From a virus (Duplodnaviria > Heunggongvirae > Uroviricota > Caudoviricetes), in IMG/VR virus record IMGVR_UViG_2537562015_000013: DNA of 20,876 nt; one strand, 5' to 3'. Positions 7,802 to 17,273 of this stretch are shown one piece after another; position 1 is the first letter of the stretch; every line of letters begins with the position of its first letter. The notes beneath the pieces are model-generated. The model did no database searches, was not told the origin of the DNA, and saw nothing but the letters and a program-made list of their open reading frames with translations. Made by a program: the position numbers and the translations under genes.

Positions 7802-8854
7802 ATGAAAAATACTGTAAAAATAAACAGTGTTGATTTAATCAACGCTGATTGCCTGCATTTTATTCAGTCCCTGCCTGATGATTCCATTGACCTGATTGTT
7901 ACCGATCCGCCGTACTTCAAGGTGAAACCCAACGGCTGGGACAATCAGTGGAAAGGGGACGAAGATTACCTTAAGTGGCTGGACCACTGTCTGGCCCAGT
8001 TCTGGCGGGTGTTAAAACCTGCCGGAAGCCTTTACCTGTTCTGTGGGCATCGCCTGGCATCTGATATTGAGATCATGATGCGTGAACGTTTCAACGTGCT
8101 TAACCATATCATCTGGGCGAAGCCGTCCGGACGTTGGAATGGGTGTAATAAAGAAAGTCTGCGCGCATATTTTCCTGCCACAGAGCGCGTTCTGTTTGCT
8201 GAACATTACCAGGGGCCATATCGCGGCAAAAGTGACGGCTATGCGGCAAAAGAAAGGGAACTCAAACAGCACATAATGGCACCGCTGATATCGTATTTCA
8301 GGGATGCTCGTGCCGAACTGGGTATAACGGCAAAACAAATTGCCGAAGCCACAGGTAAGAAAAATATGGTTTCCCACTGGTTTGGTGCCAGTCAGTGGCA
8401 GTTGCCGAATGAGGCTGACTATCGGAAGTTACAGGCACTGTTTTCCCGTATAGCGGCAGAGAAGTTTCAGGAACAACAACTGGAACAACCACACCACCAG
8501 CTGGTGGCATCTTATGATTCACTGAATCGCAAATATTCTGAATTGCTGGATGAGTTTAAATCTCTCCGGCGTTATTTCTCCGTATCAGTCTCCGTGCCTT
8601 ATACCGATGTCTGGATGCATAAACCCGTTCAGTTCTACCCGGGTAAACATCCGTGTGAGAAACCGGCGGATATGCTCAGGCAAATAATCAATGCCAGTAG
8701 TCGACCTGGTGATCTGGTTGCTGATTTTTTTATGGGATCCGGTTCCACAATAAAAGCAGCAATGGCGCTGGGGCGTCGGGCCTTAGGTGTTGAGCTTGAG
8801 TCAGAGCGGTTTAACCAGACAGTGAAAGAGATAAACGAGCTGGTGGGGAAATAA
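7802..8854 (+). CDS. DNA methyltransferase, beta-class N6-adenine or N4-cytosine type (orphan)
   Basis: 350 aa; catalytic motif IV DPPY (LIVTDPPYF) near the N-terminus and AdoMet motif I FFMGSGST near the C-terminus; no restriction partner visible; no clear SD before the ATG. Confidence 0.85.
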   Translation: MKNTVKINSVDLINADCLHFIQSLPDDSIDLIVTDPPYFKVKPNGWDNQWKGDEDYLKWLDHCLAQFWRVLKPAGSLYLFCGHRLASDIEIMMRERFNVLNHIIWAKPSGRWNGCNKESLRAYFPATERVLFAEHYQGPYRGKSDGYAAKERELKQHIMAPLISYFRDARAELGITAKQIAEATGKKNMVSHWFGASQWQLPNEADYRKLQALFSRIAAEKFQEQQLEQPHHQLVASYDSLNRKYSELLDEFKSLRRYFSVSVSVPYTDVWMHKPVQFYPGKHPCEKPADMLRQIINASSRPGDLVADFFMGSGSTIKAAMALGRRALGVELESERFNQTVKEINELVGK

Positions 8855-8860
8855 TCTGGT

Positions 8861-8885
8861 GGCCACGTCAGGTGGCCTTTTTATT
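8861..8885 (+). terminator. Candidate intrinsic terminator between the methyltransferase and the holin
   Basis: GGCCAC-GTCAG-GTGGCC hairpin followed by TTTTTATTT, starting 7 bp after the methyltransferase stop; positionally like lambda tR' upstream of S. Confidence 0.45.
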
Positions 8886-8930
8886 TCCAACACAGCACCC
8901 GCAAATAATCGCGAGGTGAGAGATGACGAA

Positions 8931-9266
8931 ATGCCTCATAACCCAAATACCTGGCCGGACTGGCTGGAGTTGTTCCAGAGCTGGTGGCGTGGAGATACGC
9001 CGCTGGGCGCAGTGATTATGTCGATTGTTATGGCTGGTTTGCGCATCGCCTATTTTGGTGGTGGTGGTGGCTGGAAGCGAAAAACGCTCGAGATTTTGCT
9101 ATGTGGCGCTCTGACGTTGACCTTTGCATCCGCGCTTGAGTATGTCGGATGGCCTAAATCGCTTTCTGTTGCCATTGGTGGTGGGGTGGGGCTGATCGGG
9201 GTCGATGCTATTCGTGGGGCTGCAATGCGAGTAATCGGTAACAAGTTCGGTGGCTCTAAGGAGTAA
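8931..9266 (+). CDS. Putative holin (three predicted transmembrane segments, charged C-terminal tail)
   Basis: Sits immediately upstream of the endolysin; hydrophobic stretches LGAVIMSIVMAGLRIAYF, LEILLCGALTLTFASALEYVGW and LSVAIGGGVGLIGVDAI. Start placed at ATG 8931 with GAGG upstream; the track start at 8859 is a GTG inside the terminator hairpin with no SD. Confidence 0.65.
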   Translation: MPHNPNTWPDWLELFQSWWRGDTPLGAVIMSIVMAGLRIAYFGGGGGWKRKTLEILLCGALTLTFASALEYVGWPKSLSVAIGGGVGLIGVDAIRGAAMRVIGNKFGGSKE

Positions 9267-9269
9267 TTT

Positions 9270-9746
9270 ATGCAGGTACTAAATTCCCAGCGTAAAGCTT
9301 TCCTCGATATGTTGGCGTGGTCAGAAGGAACGGATAACGGGCGACAGCCAACCCGCAATCACGGCTACGACGTTATTGTAGGTGGTGAGTTATTCACGGA
9401 TTACTCCGATCACCCTCGCAAACTTGTCACGCTAAACCCCAAACTCAAATCAACAGCAGCCGGACGTTACCAGCTTCTTTCCCGTTGGTGGGATGCCTAT
9501 CGTAAGCAGCTTGGCCTGAAAGACTTCTCTCCAAAAAGCCAGGACGCTGTTGCACTGCAGCAGATTAAGGAGCGTGGCGCTTTACCGATGATTGATCGCG
9601 GTGACATCCGTCAGGCAATCGACCGTTGCAGCAATATCTGGGCTTCACTGCCGGGCGCTGGTTATGGCCAGTTCGAGCATAAGGCTGACAGCCTGATTGC
9701 AAAATTCAAAGAGGCTGGCGGAACGGTCAGAGAGATTGAGGTATGA
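9270..9746 (+). CDS. R: Endolysin, lambda R-type lytic transglycosylase
   Basis: 158 aa, nearly identical to lambda R as I recall it ([22 protein letters not shown]...AGGTVREI). Confidence 0.93.
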   Translation: MQVLNSQRKAFLDMLAWSEGTDNGRQPTRNHGYDVIVGGELFTDYSDHPRKLVTLNPKLKSTAAGRYQLLSRWWDAYRKQLGLKDFSPKSQDAVALQQIKERGALPMIDRGDIRQAIDRCSNIWASLPGAGYGQFEHKADSLIAKFKEAGGTVREIEV

Positions 9747-10210
9747 GCAGAGTCACCGCGATTATTTATGCTCTGGTTATCTGCATCATCGTCTGCCTGT
9801 CGTGGGCGGTCAATCATTACCGTGATAACGCCATCGCCTACAAAGAACAGCGTGATAAAAAAGTCAGTGAGCTGAAGCAGGCGACCGCCACCATTACTGA
9901 CATGCAGATGCGTCAGCGTGATGTTGCTGCGCTCGATGCAAAATACACGAAGGAGTTAGCTGATGCGAAAGCTGAAAATGATGCTCTTCGGCGCAAGCTT
10001 GATAATGGTGGTCGGGTGCTCGTCAAAGGAAAATGCTCTGTGCCATCCTCAGCCGAAACCTCCAGCGCCTCCGGCATGGGCAATGATGCCACCGTCGAAC
10101 TCTCTCCAGTTGCTGGACGAAACGTTCTCGGTATCCGGGACGGAATCATCAGAGACCAGACAGCACTGAGAACGCTTCAGGAATATATCAGGACGCAATG
10201 CCTTCGATGA
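9743..10210 (+). CDS. Rz: Rz inner-membrane spanin
   Basis: 155 aa; N-terminal TM segment and coiled-coil region resembling lambda Rz ([30 protein letters not shown]); overlaps the R stop. Confidence 0.88.
   Translation: MSRVTAIIYALVICIIVCLSWAVNHYRDNAIAYKEQRDKKVSELKQATATITDMQMRQRDVAALDAKYTKELADAKAENDALRRKLDNGGRVLVKGKCSVPSSAETSSASGMGNDATVELSPVAGRNVLGIRDGIIRDQTALRTLQEYIRTQCLR
9963..10169 (+). CDS. Rz1: Rz1 outer-membrane lipoprotein spanin, embedded in Rz in the +1 frame
   Basis: 68-aa ORF wholly inside Rz; signal peptide with lipobox ([19 protein letters not shown]) and a Pro-rich mature region ([14 protein letters not shown]); SD AAGGAG 7 nt upstream. Confidence 0.75.
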   Translation: MRKLKMMLFGASLIMVVGCSSKENALCHPQPKPPAPPAWAMMPPSNSLQLLDETFSVSGTESSETRQH

Positions 10211-10419
10211 TAGCGATAATTTTACTCATCATCCTTCACATTTGGCTCTGTAGACAGGGTGGTGATCACTTCTGGAGTGAATCCAGATTAAATATCTCAT
10301 TGCTGATGCTTGATATTGAGCATCTTGCGCGCGGTAAGGGGCTGCGTTGAGATAAGAGCCAGTCATTACAAATACCAGGATTTAGCCTCGTATTCGCGGG
10401 GCTTTTTATTGTCATTACA

Positions 10420-10446
10420 AAAGCCACTCCCTACAGAGTGGCTTTG
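10420..10446. terminator. Candidate bidirectional terminator hairpin downstream of the lysis cassette
   Basis: AAAGCCACTC-CCTACA-GAGTGGCTTT: 10-bp stem flanked by an A-run and a T-run; a second GC-rich segment plus T-run (CGCGGGGCTTTTTATT) lies about 25 bp upstream. Confidence 0.4.
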
Positions 10447-10829
10447 ATAATGGTTTATACCCTACACGGGATAACTTAACTGATATCCCTTTTAACGGAT
10501 AAAGGTATTCAAGCCTGACACATCATGCGCTGTATCGTCGCCGTATTCCCGTATTAACAGAGACCGTAGCCCGACGGGGAACTCCTTCTGCGAGAGTGTG
10601 CGGGAATAATCAAAAACGATGCACACCGGGTTTTTACCGCGTTTATGGTTCGCGGGTTTGTCCCTCATGCTCGCCAGTCCTGTGCGGGGGTGGAAGAAAC
10701 AGGACACTTACACAGATTCTTGTGGGCACGATGCTATGCCTTTCTGGATTATCCCGATGCCATTCATGCAAGGCGTTGTATCAGACGTTCGTCAGAGCTG
10801 TCAGGCTGACGGGTCCTCCCGGTGGGGTG

Positions 10830-10980
10830 GCCTGCCACGGGGCGGGAGCGTCGCGGAAAAAGGCTAGTTTTTGAAATTTTATTCGTCATCACCACCACTG
10901 TAATTGATTGATATTACAGTGATTTTATTTTTATGGTGTCGATTCTGATTGTTTTTTGTTCATCACCAACACCGTTTGCC
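10830..10980. other. Candidate cos site (cosN-like core and cosB-like region) for lambda-type packaging
   Basis: CACGGGGCGGGAGCGTCGCGG followed by an AT-rich TAGTTTTTGAAATTTTAT closely parallels the lambda cos sequence as I recall it (CGGGGCGGCGACCTCGCGG ... TATTTATGAAAATTTT); it lies about 185 bp before the terminase small-subunit start, as cosN does relative to Nu1. Two TCATCACCA(C/A)CAC copies follow at about 10885 and 10959. Confidence 0.5.
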
Positions 10981-11025
10981 TAAAGTTGTTCGCAAGATGC
11001 ATGTTTAAAACATTCTGGAGCGGGT

Positions 11026-11520
11026 ATGGATCGAGAGTTAAAAAATCTGACGCTGAATATCAGTCAACTGGCGGCATTGTCAGGTGTACATCGCCAGACT
11101 GCTGCGGCAAGGCTGCAAAATCTACCCGTTGCAGGGGGGCATGAAAGCAACCTCAAGCTTTATCGGGTGGTTGATATTGTGTCGGCATTTCTGGCATTAC
11201 CACCGCCGGTTGCAGAAGGCGAAATGGACGCGCATGAGCGCAAAGCCTGGTATCAGTCTGAACGTGAGCGTCTTAAGTTCGAACAGGAAACGGCACAACT
11301 CATTCCGGCCAGTGATGTCAGACGGGAGTTTGCCATCTGGGCAAAAGCGGTCGTGCAGGTGCTGGAGACATTACCGGATATTCTTGAACGTGACTGCGGT
11401 CTGCAGCCTGCCGCTGTGAGCCGTGTTCAGTCCATTATTGATGATCTTCGCGATCAGATAGCCCTGCGGGTGACTGAAGCAGGTGCGGATGATGAGGAGG
11501 AATTACAGCAGGAGGAGTAA
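11026..11520 (+). CDS. Terminase small subunit (Nu1-like DNA-recognition subunit)
   Basis: 164 aa; N-terminal HTH-like segment (LNISQLAALSGVHRQTAAARL), coiled-coil middle, acidic tail; stop overlaps the terminase large-subunit start; follows the cos-like region. Confidence 0.7.
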   Translation: MDRELKNLTLNISQLAALSGVHRQTAAARLQNLPVAGGHESNLKLYRVVDIVSAFLALPPPVAEGEMDAHERKAWYQSERERLKFEQETAQLIPASDVRREFAIWAKAVVQVLETLPDILERDCGLQPAAVSRVQSIIDDLRDQIALRVTEAGADDEEELQQEE

Positions 11521-13622
11521 TGCTGAATCAGGAAACCGCAAAGGCAGCACGAACCGATTCAGGTTATATCCTTCGCGCACCGAGACGAATGCGGGTTGCT
11601 GATGCCGTTGCTCAGTATATGCGGGTGCCCATGGGGGCAGGGAACTCAGTCCCGTGGGATCCGCTGGTGGCACCGTATGTTATTGAGCCTATGAACTGCC
11701 TGGCCTCGCGTGAATACGACGCAGTGATATTTGTTGGCCCGGCACGAACCGGCAAGACTATCGGCCTGATTGACGGCTGGGTGATTTACAACGTGATTTG
11801 CGATCCTGCTGATATGCTGATTATTCAGATGACGGAGGAAAAAGCCCGCGAACACTCCAAAAAACGACTCGCCAGAACGTTTCGCGTCAGCCCGGAAGTG
11901 GTCAGTCGCCTGAGTCCGAACAAAAATGACAACAACGTTTATGACAGAACATTCCTTGCTGGTAACTACCTGAAAATCGGCTGGCCGTCAGTCAATATCA
12001 TGTCCTCATCAGATTATAAATGCGTCGCGCTGACGGATTATGATCGTTTTCCGGAAGATATTGATGGCGAGGGGGATGCTTTCTCTCTTGCCTCAAAACG
12101 TACCACAACATTTATGTCCAGTGGTATGACGCTGGTGGAGAGTTCCCCCGGCAGGGATGTGAAGGATGTGAAATGGCGACGGACTTCACCGCATGAGGCT
12201 CCACCAACCACGGGGATACTGTCGCTCTATAACCGTGGCGATCGCCGTCGCTGGTACTGGCCCTGTCCACACTGTGGTGAGTATTTTCAGCCCTGCGGCG
12301 ATGTGGTTGCTGGTTTCCGTGATATTGCCGATCCCGTTCTGGCAAGTGAGGCGGCTTATATTCAGTGTCCTTCCTGTTCAGGACGGATTATGCCTGAACA
12401 AAAACGTGAGCTGAACGGACGTGGGGTCTGGTTGCGGGATGGTGAATCCATCAATGCGGATGGCAGTCGTTATGGTGATCCCCGACGCTCACGTATTGCG
12501 TCATTCTGGATGGAGGGGCCGGCAGCTGCTTACCAGACACTCTCGCAACTCGTTTACAAACTGCTTACTGCAGAACAGGAATACGAAACAACCGGAAGTG
12601 AAGAAACACTCAAGACGGTTATCAATACCGACTGGGGATTACCTTATCTTCCCCGCGCCAGCATGGAGCAACGAAAAAGTGAACTGCTTGAGCAGCGGGC
12701 AGAGCCAGTTCCTTCCCGCAGTGTGCCGGATGGCGTTAATTTTCTTGTGGCGACAGTGGATGTGCAGGCGGGACGTCATCGCCGTTTTGTGGTTCAGGTA
12801 ACGGGCTATGGCAGCCGTGGCGAACGCTGGATTATTGATCGTTACAACATCACGCAGTCATTGCGCGGTGACTGCGACGGGGAGAGCCAGCGAATTGATC
12901 CGGCCAGCTACCCGGAAGACTGGGATGTCCTGCTGACGGATGTTTTTCATAAAAGCTGGCCGCTGGCCTCCGATCCTTCTCAACAAATGCGACTGATGGC
13001 AATGGCGGTGGACTCCGGCGGTGAAGACGGGGTCACTGATAATGCCTATAAATTCTGGCGTCGTTGCCGTCGTGATGGCCTTGGTAAACGTATTTACCTG
13101 TTTAAGGGTGACAGCATCCGGCGCGCAAAACTGATCAGCCGTACATTCCCTGATAACACCGGACGAACGGGCCGCCGGGCGCAGGCCGCAGGTGATGTGC
13201 CGCTCTGGCTTCTTCAGACGGATGCCCTGAAAGACCGGGTGAATAACGCGTTATGGCGTGACTCGCCAGGTCCCGGCTATGTGCATTTCCCTGACTGGCT
13301 GGGGAGCTGGTTTTACGACGAACTGACGTATGAAGAGCGGAGCAGTGACGGGAAATGGAGTAAGCCGGGTCGCGGTGCCAACGAAGCTTTTGACCTGATG
13401 GTGTATGCCGAGGCTCTGGTCATTCTGCATGGATACGAAAAGATCCGCTGGCCGGATGCACCGGAGTGGGCGAGCCGGGAAACCTGGCTGGAGTGTGTCC
13501 CGGACAGTACCGAACCGTCACCCTCACCGGAACCGGTATCCACGCCTGTTAAAAAACAAAAACGGAAGAAAACAGTAACTGACGATGTTAACCCCTGGCT
13601 GACTTCCGGAGGATGGTTATGA
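11520..13622 (+). CDS. Terminase large subunit (lambda gpA family)
   Basis: 700 aa; Walker A GPARTGKT; CPHCG metal-binding motif as in lambda gpA (WYWPCPHCGEYFQ); strong SD GGAGGAG. Confidence 0.93.
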   Translation: MLNQETAKAARTDSGYILRAPRRMRVADAVAQYMRVPMGAGNSVPWDPLVAPYVIEPMNCLASREYDAVIFVGPARTGKTIGLIDGWVIYNVICDPADMLIIQMTEEKAREHSKKRLARTFRVSPEVVSRLSPNKNDNNVYDRTFLAGNYLKIGWPSVNIMSSSDYKCVALTDYDRFPEDIDGEGDAFSLASKRTTTFMSSGMTLVESSPGRDVKDVKWRRTSPHEAPPTTGILSLYNRGDRRRWYWPCPHCGEYFQPCGDVVAGFRDIADPVLASEAAYIQCPSCSGRIMPEQKRELNGRGVWLRDGESINADGSRYGDPRRSRIASFWMEGPAAAYQTLSQLVYKLLTAEQEYETTGSEETLKTVINTDWGLPYLPRASMEQRKSELLEQRAEPVPSRSVPDGVNFLVATVDVQAGRHRRFVVQVTGYGSRGERWIIDRYNITQSLRGDCDGESQRIDPASYPEDWDVLLTDVFHKSWPLASDPSQQMRLMAMAVDSGGEDGVTDNAYKFWRRCRRDGLGKRIYLFKGDSIRRAKLISRTFPDNTGRTGRRAQAAGDVPLWLLQTDALKDRVNNALWRDSPGPGYVHFPDWLGSWFYDELTYEERSSDGKWSKPGRGANEAFDLMVYAEALVILHGYEKIRWPDAPEWASRETWLECVPDSTEPSPSPEPVSTPVKKQKRKKTVTDDVNPWLTSGGWL

Positions 13623-13831
13623 ACCAGAATGATATCGAAGCCATGATTCAGCGTTATACGGAAGCTGAAATGGCGGTGCTGGACGGAAAATCCGTCACCT
13701 TTAATGGTCAGCAGATGACCATGGAAAACTTATCTGAGATCCGGCAGGGACGGCAGGAGTGGGAGCGCCGCCTTGCGGCTCTGATTACACGACGACGGGG
13801 GCATCCCGGGTACCGGCTGGCGAGGTTCTGA
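13619..13831 (+). CDS. gpW-like head-tail joining protein
   Basis: About 70 aa; C-terminal RRRGHPGYRLARF resembles the lambda gpW C-terminus; coupled to both neighbours by ATGA overlaps. Start placed at the second ATG (13619) for SD spacing. Confidence 0.7.
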   Translation: MNQNDIEAMIQRYTEAEMAVLDGKSVTFNGQQMTMENLSEIRQGRQEWERRLAALITRRRGHPGYRLARF

Positions 13832-15339
13832 TGGCAATTCTTGATGATGTGATTGGCGTTTTTTCACCAGGATGGAAAGCGGCAAGGCTGCGTTCCCGGG
13901 CGGTGATCCAGGCTTATGAGGCCGTAAAAACGACGCGGACACACAAAGCCCGGCGGGAAAACCGAACTGCCGACCAGTTAAGCCAGTACGGGGCCGTGTC
14001 GTTACGTGAGCAGGCCCGTTACCTTGATAACAACCACGATCTGGTCATTGGTGTATTTGACAAGCTGGAAGAACGGGTGGTGGGGAAAAACGGGATTATT
14101 GTCGAGCCACATCCGGTATTACGCAATGGGGCCATTGCCCGTGATCTGGCTGCGGAGATTCGCACCCGATGGAGTGAATGGTCTGTCAGCCCGGAAGTCA
14201 CCGGGCAGTTTACCCGTCCGATGCTGGAACGTCTGATGCTGCGTACCTGGCTGCGCGATGGTGAGGTGTTTGCCCAGATGGTTTCCGGGCGCATAAACAG
14301 CCTGACGCCTTCTGCCGGTGTTCATTTCTGGCTGGAGGCGCTCGAGCCGGACTTTATTCCCATGACCAGTGATGAGAGCAACAGGCTGAATCAGGGCGTG
14401 TTTGTTGATGACTGGGGGCGTCCCGAAAAATATCTGGTGTATAAAAGCCGTCCCGTATCCGGACGGCAGATGGAAACCAAAGAAGTGGATGCAGAGCGAA
14501 TGCTGCATCTTAAATTTGTTCGCCGTCTGCACCAGATGCGCGGGACGTCTTTATTGTCCGGTGTGCTGATCCGCCTCAGTGCTCTGAAAGAGTATGAAGA
14601 TTCTGAGCTGACTGCAGCAAGGATCGCCGCTGCTCTGGGGATGTACATCCGGAAAGGCGACGGGCAGAGCTATGAAGCGGATGGTAATGGCAGCAAGGAT
14701 AAGGAACGCGAGCTTACCATTCAGCCAGGCATTATTTACGATGATCTGAAACCCGGCGAAGAAATCGGAATGGTGAAGTCGGATCGCCCCAATCCTAACC
14801 TTGAAACTTTTCGTAATGGTCAGTTGCGTGCCGTGGCGGCGGGCAGTCGTCTGAGTTTTTCCAGTACAGCGCGCAACTATAACGGCACTTACAGCGCCCA
14901 GCGTCAGGAGCTGGTTGAATCCACTGATGGCTACCTGATCCTGCAGGACTGGTTTATTGGTGCCGTCACCCGTCCGATGTATCGTGCCTGGCTGAAACAG
15001 GCTGTGGCATCCGGTGTTATCAGGCTACCCCGCGATCTTGACCGTTCTTCACTGTATACCGCGGTGTATTCCGGACCGGTGATGCCGTGGATTGACCCTG
15101 TTAAGGAGGCTGAGGCCTGGAAAATCCAGATTCGTGGTGGAGCGGCGACAGAATCAGACTGGGTACGTGCTGGTGGTCGTAATCCGGATGATGTCAAACG
15201 TCGGCGCAAGGCCGAAATTGATGAAAACCGCAAACTGGATCTGGTATTTGATACCGATCCGGCCAGTGATAAAGGAGGCAGCAGTGCCGCAACGAAACGA
15301 CAGGAGCCGCAGCACACCGACGACCAGTCCGAAGAATAA
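13831..15339 (+). CDS. Portal protein (lambda gpB-like)
   Basis: About 503 aa from ATG 13831 (SD GAGGT); the size and the A-W-B-C gene order match lambda head genes; the track ORF from 13759 overlaps gpW in the same frame. Confidence 0.85.
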   Translation: MAILDDVIGVFSPGWKAARLRSRAVIQAYEAVKTTRTHKARRENRTADQLSQYGAVSLREQARYLDNNHDLVIGVFDKLEERVVGKNGIIVEPHPVLRNGAIARDLAAEIRTRWSEWSVSPEVTGQFTRPMLERLMLRTWLRDGEVFAQMVSGRINSLTPSAGVHFWLEALEPDFIPMTSDESNRLNQGVFVDDWGRPEKYLVYKSRPVSGRQMETKEVDAERMLHLKFVRRLHQMRGTSLLSGVLIRLSALKEYEDSELTAARIAAALGMYIRKGDGQSYEADGNGSKDKERELTIQPGIIYDDLKPGEEIGMVKSDRPNPNLETFRNGQLRAVAAGSRLSFSSTARNYNGTYSAQRQELVESTDGYLILQDWFIGAVTRPMYRAWLKQAVASGVIRLPRDLDRSSLYTAVYSGPVMPWIDPVKEAEAWKIQIRGGAATESDWVRAGGRNPDDVKRRRKAEIDENRKLDLVFDTDPASDKGGSSAATKRQEPQHTDDQSEE

Positions 15340-15352
15340 TTCCTGGTTCAGG

Positions 15353-17215
15353 ATGCAGGCTGGTCACCAGAGTGACGCGGATATTTATATTTATGACGAG
15401 ATTGGTTTCTGGGGTGTTACAGCGAAGCAGTTTATCAGTGATCTGAATGCACTGGGCGATATCACCCACATTAATCTCCATATTAATTCACCGGGTGGCG
15501 ATGTCTTTGAAGGCATCGCCATTTTTAATGCGCTGAAAACACATGGTGCGTCCATTACCGTTTATGTCGACGGTGTGGCGGCGTCAATGGCGTCGGTCAT
15601 TGCGATGGTGGGAAACCCGGTCATTATGCCGGAAAACACCTTCATGATGATTCATAAACCATTTGGCTTTACGGGCGGTGATGCGGAGGACATGCGCACC
15701 TATGCCGACCTGCTCGATAAAGTTGAGGCGGTTCTGTTACCCGCTTATGCACAGAAAACCGGGAAAACCACCGATGAAATTGCTGCCATGCTGGCGGATG
15801 AGACCTGGATGTCCGGTGCCGAATGTCTGGCACATGGATTTGCTGATCAGGTAACGCCAGCCGTTAAGGCAATGGCATGTATTCAGTCAAAACGTACAGA
15901 GGAATTTAAAAAGATGCCGGAATCCATTCGAAACATGATTACTCCGCCACGCAACAGTGCTCCACGCGTACAGGATGATGAACCTGCAGCCTCCCGGACG
16001 CCAGTGCAGGCAGCAGCACCCGTGGTGGATGAAAACAGTATCCGTGCGCAGGTAGCCGCCAGTATCAATATCAAACCGGGCCATGATTATTACTTTTATA
16101 TCCGCAGTGTGAACACCGTTGGCAAATCGGCATTCGTGGAGGCTGTTGGTCAGCCGAGTGATGATGCATCCGGCTATCTGGATTTTTTCAAAGGAGAGAT
16201 AGGGAAAACCCATCTGGCTCAGGAGTTGTGGACGCAGATTGATAACGGTCAGCTTGCGCCTGACCTGGCTGAAATCAGGATGTCCATTACGGATGTCAGC
16301 AATGAAATCACGCAGACCGTCAATAAGAAACTGGAAGACCAGAGTGCAGCGATCCAGCAGATACAGAAGGTTCAGGTTGATACAAATAATAACCTGAACA
16401 GCATGTGGGCTGTGAAGCTGCAGCAGATGCAGGACGGACGCCTTTATATCGCGGGTATTGGTGCCGGTATTGAGAACACCCCTGACGGCATGCAGAGTCA
16501 GGTGCTGCTGGCGGCAGACAGGATTGCGATGATTAATCCTGCGAATGGCAACACAAAGCCGATGTTTGTTGGTCAGGGCGATCAGATATTCATGAACGAA
16601 GTGTTCCTGAAATACCTGACGGCTCCCACCATTACCAGCGGCGGTAATCCTCCGGCATTTTCCCTGACACCGGACGGGCGGCTGACGGCGAAAAATGCAG
16701 ATATCAGCGGTAACGTGAATGCGAACTCCGGGACGCTCAACAATGTCACGATTAATCAGAACTGCCGGATTCTGGGAAAACTGTCAGCCAACCAGATTGA
16801 AGGCGATATTGTTAAAACGGTGGGCAAAGCTTTCCCCCGTGACTCCCGTGCACCGGAACGGTGGCCATCAGGGACCATTACCGTCAGGGTTTATGACGAT
16901 CAGCCGTTTGACCGGCAAATTGTTATTCCAGCGGTGGCTTTCAGCGGTGCCAGACATGAACGGGAGAATAGCGATACTTATTCGTCATGCCGCCTGATAG
17001 TGAAGAAAAACGGGGCTGAAATTTATAACCGAACGGCTCTGGATAATACTCTGATTTACACGGGTGTTATTGATATGCCTGCAGGCAGTGGCGTAATGAC
17101 ACTGGAGTTTTCGGTATCAGCATGGTGGGTAAATGGCTGGTATCCCACAGCAAGTATCAGCGATTTGCTGGTTGTGGTGATGAAGAAAGCCACTGCAGGC
17201 ATCATGATTAGCTGA
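15353..17215 (+). CDS. Chimeric ORF: prohead protease (gpC/ClpP-like, clan SK) N-terminal domain fused in frame to the C-terminal part of a J-like tail tip host-specificity protein; probable deletion remnant
   Basis: N-terminus carries protease motifs ([22 protein letters not shown]). From about 16066 the sequence ([27 protein letters not shown] ... [39 protein letters not shown] ... MPAGSG) parallels the C-terminal region of lambda J as I recall it. Confidence 0.75.
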   Translation: MQAGHQSDADIYIYDEIGFWGVTAKQFISDLNALGDITHINLHINSPGGDVFEGIAIFNALKTHGASITVYVDGVAASMASVIAMVGNPVIMPENTFMMIHKPFGFTGGDAEDMRTYADLLDKVEAVLLPAYAQKTGKTTDEIAAMLADETWMSGAECLAHGFADQVTPAVKAMACIQSKRTEEFKKMPESIRNMITPPRNSAPRVQDDEPAASRTPVQAAAPVVDENSIRAQVAASINIKPGHDYYFYIRSVNTVGKSAFVEAVGQPSDDASGYLDFFKGEIGKTHLAQELWTQIDNGQLAPDLAEIRMSITDVSNEITQTVNKKLEDQSAAIQQIQKVQVDTNNNLNSMWAVKLQQMQDGRLYIAGIGAGIENTPDGMQSQVLLAADRIAMINPANGNTKPMFVGQGDQIFMNEVFLKYLTAPTITSGGNPPAFSLTPDGRLTAKNADISGNVNANSGTLNNVTINQNCRILGKLSANQIEGDIVKTVGKAFPRDSRAPERWPSGTITVRVYDDQPFDRQIVIPAVAFSGARHERENSDTYSSCRLIVKKNGAEIYNRTALDNTLIYTGVIDMPAGSGVMTLEFSVSAWWVNGWYPTASISDLLVVVMKKATAGIMIS

Positions 17216-17233
17216 ATTTTATAACCCAGATAC

Positions 17234-17260
17234 GGGCGCCAGAAATGGCGCCTTTTTTAT
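17234..17260 (+). terminator. Intrinsic terminator after the J-derived ORF
   Basis: GGCGCC-AGAAAT-GGCGCC hairpin followed by TTTTTTATTT. Confidence 0.7.
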
Positions 17261-17273
17261 TTGTGGAGTGAAT

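Noticed and set aside
8859-8930. Holin start at GTG 8859
   Set aside because: The GTG lies 5 nt after the methyltransferase stop inside the terminator-like hairpin and has no SD; ATG 8931 with GAGG upstream is more plausible.
10492-10874. Overlapping small ORFs between Rz and the terminase genes (10492-10707 -, 10596-10874 +, 10619-10867 +)
   Set aside because: They overlap one another and the cos-like sequence, have no convincing SD, and lie in a region expected to be non-coding; the minus-strand product lacks the signal peptide expected of a Bor-like lipoprotein.
11084-11419. 111-aa ORF in an alternative frame inside the terminase small-subunit gene
   Set aside because: It is fully nested in a better-supported gene, gives a Cys/Arg-rich low-plausibility product and has no SD.
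13759-15352. Longer track starts for the portal (13759) and the chimeric ORF (15092)
   Set aside because: Both extensions overlap the preceding gene and lack an SD; in-frame ATGs at 13831 and 15353 fit the operon organisation better.
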